Origin: Setoptus koraiensis
Taxonomy: Eukaryota > Animalia > Arthropoda
Direction of reading: 5' to 3'
NCBI GenBank assembly: GCA_048013815.1
Contig: CM106585.1
Span: forward strand, 19,840,001-19,904,000
Length of the DNA: 64,000 nucleotides
This document shows, piece after piece, positions 60,137-64,000 of the stretch. How positions within the stretch are numbered: the stretch's first letter is position 1; every line of letters begins with the position of its first letter. The notes under the pieces are model-generated. The model ran no database searches. It saw nothing but the letters and a program-made list of their open reading frames with translations, and was not told the origin of the DNA. A program made the translations under genes and the position numbers.

Positions 60137-61830
60137 ATGAGAGTAAACGAACGCGTTTCTTTGCGCTTGTTCGGCGGCACAATGTGCCCGGCCGACAACG
60201 ATGTTCCTGACAACTGGCTCTCATTCAACTCGTTTGGGGGCCCAGTTTGTCGCAATTGCGCCAGCGCAGCACCTATCAAAACCATAAGGCACGGCCGCAC
60301 TCGCTGCACCGGTTCCAGAAAAGTTCGGCATCCCAACCATGGATTGCAAAGTGGCCCAAAGTGGCCCAAAGTTGTGACGCTCGGAATTTCTGAGCAGCAG
60401 TTTCCAAGTGTCATGCTAGCGGGCGCCTTGCATTGGCATTGTAATTGAATGTCGCTCATTAGCGCCCGCCCGCCCGCCGGCCCCCACCGCCGCCACGTGT
60501 TCATTAGTTTTCGTTGCGCGTTACGCAATCAATCCGGCCGAAGACAAGCCAATTATCCGCAATTTTGTGTTAGCGCGCTAATTCGCGAGCAGCCGCGCCG
60601 CTCGCCAGATCATATCAATCCAATATCGTATGTCTCTGTTTTGTTTCTTTTTTGTTTTCATACCAGCAGCGACGATATAATCATGCAAACATAGTGGCCA
60701 ACTGTCAAGATGATACTGGCTGCTGGTGGCTGACGCGCACTCGAACACGAGCCGCTAAAGTATCTCAACCTATTGGAGCGTATAATTCGTGTTCGAGCGA
60801 CCAAGCCAACGAAAATTGATTCTCGAACACCAAGTGGGCCCTTGTGTAATTCGCAACATGCATTGCAGCGCATTCCACAACAAAGGACCACGAAGCCACC
60901 AAGATTGGGCGCCCCTCGCCCTATCGATCCCGTTGCAGATGCGCTTGTCCGACTTGTCGGCGCGCCCGCTCTTGCGGTGGCCCGACCATTGGCAGTTCAA
61001 GCCAAACTGCCAATCGTGGGTTGGTTGCCCCACGGTGGGGGCCCCATAGCGAGGCTCACAGAGCGGGGCCCACAGAGCAGCACTGAGAGCAGCACTGTGG
61101 GCAGCGTAATGAAGACAATCAGCGGCGGGCGATCTTTGCGATTTTTTCAATGGCGCGGCTCGGAAATGAGGCCCGATAATGTGCTATTTGTGCGCGGATT
61201 AGCAGAGGCGCGCCCAACGGCCCCACGGATGCCCCACTAACCCAGTGTGATCAGCCGCTGTTTACTGGCCTAACTGGTGGATGGGGGCCAGGCAGCGCAT
61301 AAACGAAGGATGAATTGATTTCTAATGTTCAAATTGCCGATGATTGTGCCGTGCAATGGCGCTGGCAAAACAACTGTATTTAGTTGTGTGTCCGATGGAC
61401 GGATGGACGCTAGCACACATTGGCCGTGCGATATGGGCCAACCAAACAAACCTCAAACACTGTCCTGTCAGACTCAGCGGCAAATGGCTGGCGGCCATTT
61501 GCTGTCCGTTCGCTCTGACAAGACGGGTCGGCGACTCAATCTAAAAGTAGTGAGGCCACGCTAAAATGCACTGGCCACTGGCTAATCGGACGATGAGTCA
61601 TAGATTTGATTAGTTACTGATTTGGGCCCCCATGAAACGCTGGCCTGCACTGGCCGAACGGCCGAACTGGGCAACTGGACAAAGAAAACGAAAAAGCCCC
61701 CCGCCCTTTGGGCCCGGCAGCACATATAAGCGCGTTTATGAGCGCCGACGATAAACAAAACGATAAGAGAATGATATTGTGTCCTTTATTTTGTGCCCCC
61801 TTTTATTTCTGCACTCTTTTCCGCTGCTCT

Positions 61831-61886
61831 CGTTCCGTTAGTCGCGTTCCGTCGGTCGCGTTCTGTCGGTCGCGTTCCGTCGGCCG
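61831..61886. repeat. 14-bp tandem repeat CGTTCCGTCGGTCG x4
   Basis: Seen directly in the sequence. Confidence 0.9.
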
Positions 61887-62374
61887 CGCCTTGCTGGCTT
61901 CGCTTATGCGAGGCCCCCTCGCTCGGCAGCCCAAGTGGCCAGCACAACTCGGTGCGCGCCGGGAGGCCGTACAACGAGCGAGCGAAATGGCAAATATATC
62001 ACCGAAAAGAACAAATATTCAATTGTTAGGTTATTGGTTATTCATTTGTTGTGTCAATTGCCCCGAAGCGCGTCGCTTATCAGCGACGGCGGCCGCGGCC
62101 GCGACATGTCGGGCAGGCGGCCTCAGCTAATAATGAAACAGAGTAACTCAACTCGGGGCCCTTATCGGGCCACTGGGGCCCGGCGGAGACAAAAAGGCTT
62201 GGCGAGCGAGTGACGAGTATTAAGTTTGGGTGCGAGTCGCGCCGGCCCGAGCGGCCAGCAAATAAGTGGCTGCAAACAAATAAATAACCAAGCAACAAAT
62301 GACAAACAAACTGTCACCGCTCACGAGAACGTCACGAGAAATTCTCGGCCGCCGACGACCGCGATAATCCGCCG

Positions 62375-62429
62375 ACGAATATCCAGCGAATATCCAACGA
62401 ACATCCGACGAACATCCAACGAATGTCCG
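62375..62429. repeat. 11-bp tandem repeat ACGAA(T/C)ATCC(A/G) x5
   Basis: Seen directly in the sequence. Confidence 0.85.
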
Positions 62430-63551
62430 TTGTCGCGCCGCGGTGATCTGGGCAACCCGCAACGGCCGGGCGCCACGTATCACTGTTGACTGTCGCTCAT
62501 TAGGTAGGCGACCGGGCAAGCCGGCCCGAATCGCTGTTTGCAAGTTGGAAGAAGCCAGTGATACAGCAGCGGCAGCACTGATACAAACACACGCCCATAA
62601 GCTAATTTCGGGCCCCGCTGGCCTGCATAAAATTATTGTTATTGGCGCAACATTCATTCGCAAATATCGGCATACATAATGTAACAGCGAGCAAGCTGGC
62701 GATGTAATGGCGAGCGCCATATAATAGAAATAATGATAATCTATTTGCGAATAAATAATCATGTGTTAAGGACGCGCGCACCAACAAACAAAAAGATGAA
62801 TGCCCAGTTTATCGGGCCATTCGGCTGCGGGCCCCAATAAATCGTGGCCAGGGCCGCATCATCGCGAGCTGCCGACTTGAAACACACGCCGGGCGGCCAC
62901 TGGCGACAATTTTTCTGGCGGGACTGTATTGGCTGACTGTATTGGGCCGCGGGAGGCGCCGAAACGGGCGCGACAATAATTCAGCTCTCGTCAGAGGCTC
63001 GGACAAGGCCCCCGCCCCGCCCGCCACTGCCCAGACAGGGGCCGGAGGGCACCGCGGCGACTTACGTGGCAGCCTTGTGTAAGCCGTGCGGTCTAATCTG
63101 GGGCCCCTCGCGACTGGCAACTGGCGAGTCCCCAGTTGCCAGTCGTTGAGAGGGGCCAATCCGAAAATTATTCCTCGGCCTCTTATGGGGCCAAACGGCC
63201 ACTTCGGCCACGTCGGCCACTCGGTTGGGCCAGGGTTGGGCGAAACTGCCCTGTGTTCGGGGCAAGACGAGAATTCTGCGTCCATGTCCGCTGCCATAGA
63301 CACGGAATCTTTGTTTGGCTCGCCTCTTCTTTTCTGGCCTCTTTGCCAGAAACTTTTTATTCCTTCTTCTGGGCCCATTTATGTGAGTGTCGACCGTTTA
63401 TTTGTTTGTTGCTATCTTGTGTACATGGCACATTATTCACTTGTTTGTCTGTTTGCTTATAACGTTGCTTGTTGTCGCTGGTGTTTGCGCCGTTAGCCAC
63501 TCGTGAGATGATACCTTGCGTCTTTGATCACTTGAGATGGGCACAAGTGTA

Positions 63552-63576
63552 TGTGTGTGTGTGTGTGTGTGTGTGT
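63552..63576. repeat. (TG)n microsatellite
   Basis: Seen directly. Other simple repeats occur at about 2345, 7800, 52565 and 53850-53930. Confidence 0.9.
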
Positions 63577-64000
63577 CTCGGTCTGGTCGTATCAACGCGG
63601 AAATATCCAAAAAGAGCAACGGGCCAACATTAGTGCGAGACTTTGTTGTTGCGTTGCGACTTTATCTGTTTGCGAACGCGGAACACAATTGTTGGGGCCA
63701 GAAACTTTTTTTTTCGCCGTTTTTTTTTTCACTTCGATTCGTTCGCCCGGCGGACTTTGTTTTCAAGCTCTCGTCGTTGCTTGTTCACTTGTCCGCTGGC
63801 CCTCGTGTCCGTGTTGCTTGGCTGCAGTTTTGACGGCCTCGAGCACCTCCACTATCTATCCGCAGGAAGGAAATGAACTGTTGGCCGACGTTTTTATTTA
63901 ACACTAGCCGCGGCGTTAATATAATTGCCGCTGAGTGACATGTGGATTTTGCCGTCTTTTAGACCTTGGCCCTGCACAACTTTGCGCCTGCACAAAAATC

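Larger units (their letters stand above)
47800..64000. other. Extended GC-rich region with no recognisable coding sequence; probable cis-regulatory landscape or large intron
   Basis: Only short overlapping ORFs with no domain similarity. It is dense in CpG, GGGCCC, TAAT-core and A/T-forkhead-like words. Confidence 0.55.

Noticed and set aside
49900-64000. Numerous 60-200-codon overlapping ORFs as genes
   Set aside because: They occur on both strands in all frames as expected for GC-rich DNA, translate simple repeats and show no domain motifs. I also recognised no homeobox or conserved miRNA.

Overview
Eukaryotic, gene-dense, intron-poor animal DNA. Gene content and compaction suggest a small-genome arthropod, probably an acariform mite (inference only). 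There are four zones. (1) 1-21.3 kb: tightly packed, mostly intronless housekeeping genes: an orphan disordered-protein ORF, MLH1, GFAT, a miniature ELYS, a miniature Polyhomeotic-like gene, FAM102/EEIG1, IDH3B (with a GC-AG intron), CstF-64, a mitochondrial-type NATD1 and a truncated ZNHIT2. (2) 21.4-40.6 kb: a tandem array of five intact three-exon gustatory-receptor-superfamily (7TM ion channel) genes of about 600-630 aa. All five replace the canonical TM7 TYhhhhhQF motif with (S/T)GhhhhhQF, carry very large intracellular loops and show gene-conversion mosaicism. A receptor-less copy of their upstream module lies at 18.6-19.2 kb. (3) 41-47.8 kb: a ZnT1-type zinc exporter and a nearly intronless kainate-type glutamate receptor with large insertions. 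(4) 47.8-64 kb: a GC-rich region with no recognisable coding sequence, strongly enriched in GGGCCC, with perfect palindromes and short tandem arrays. The most notable observations are the atypical receptor array, a bidirectional promoter built from a degenerate inverted duplication (13.6-14.3 kb) and several domain-stripped nuclear proteins. Exon boundaries were worked out by hand from splice signals and protein homology; no searches were run.
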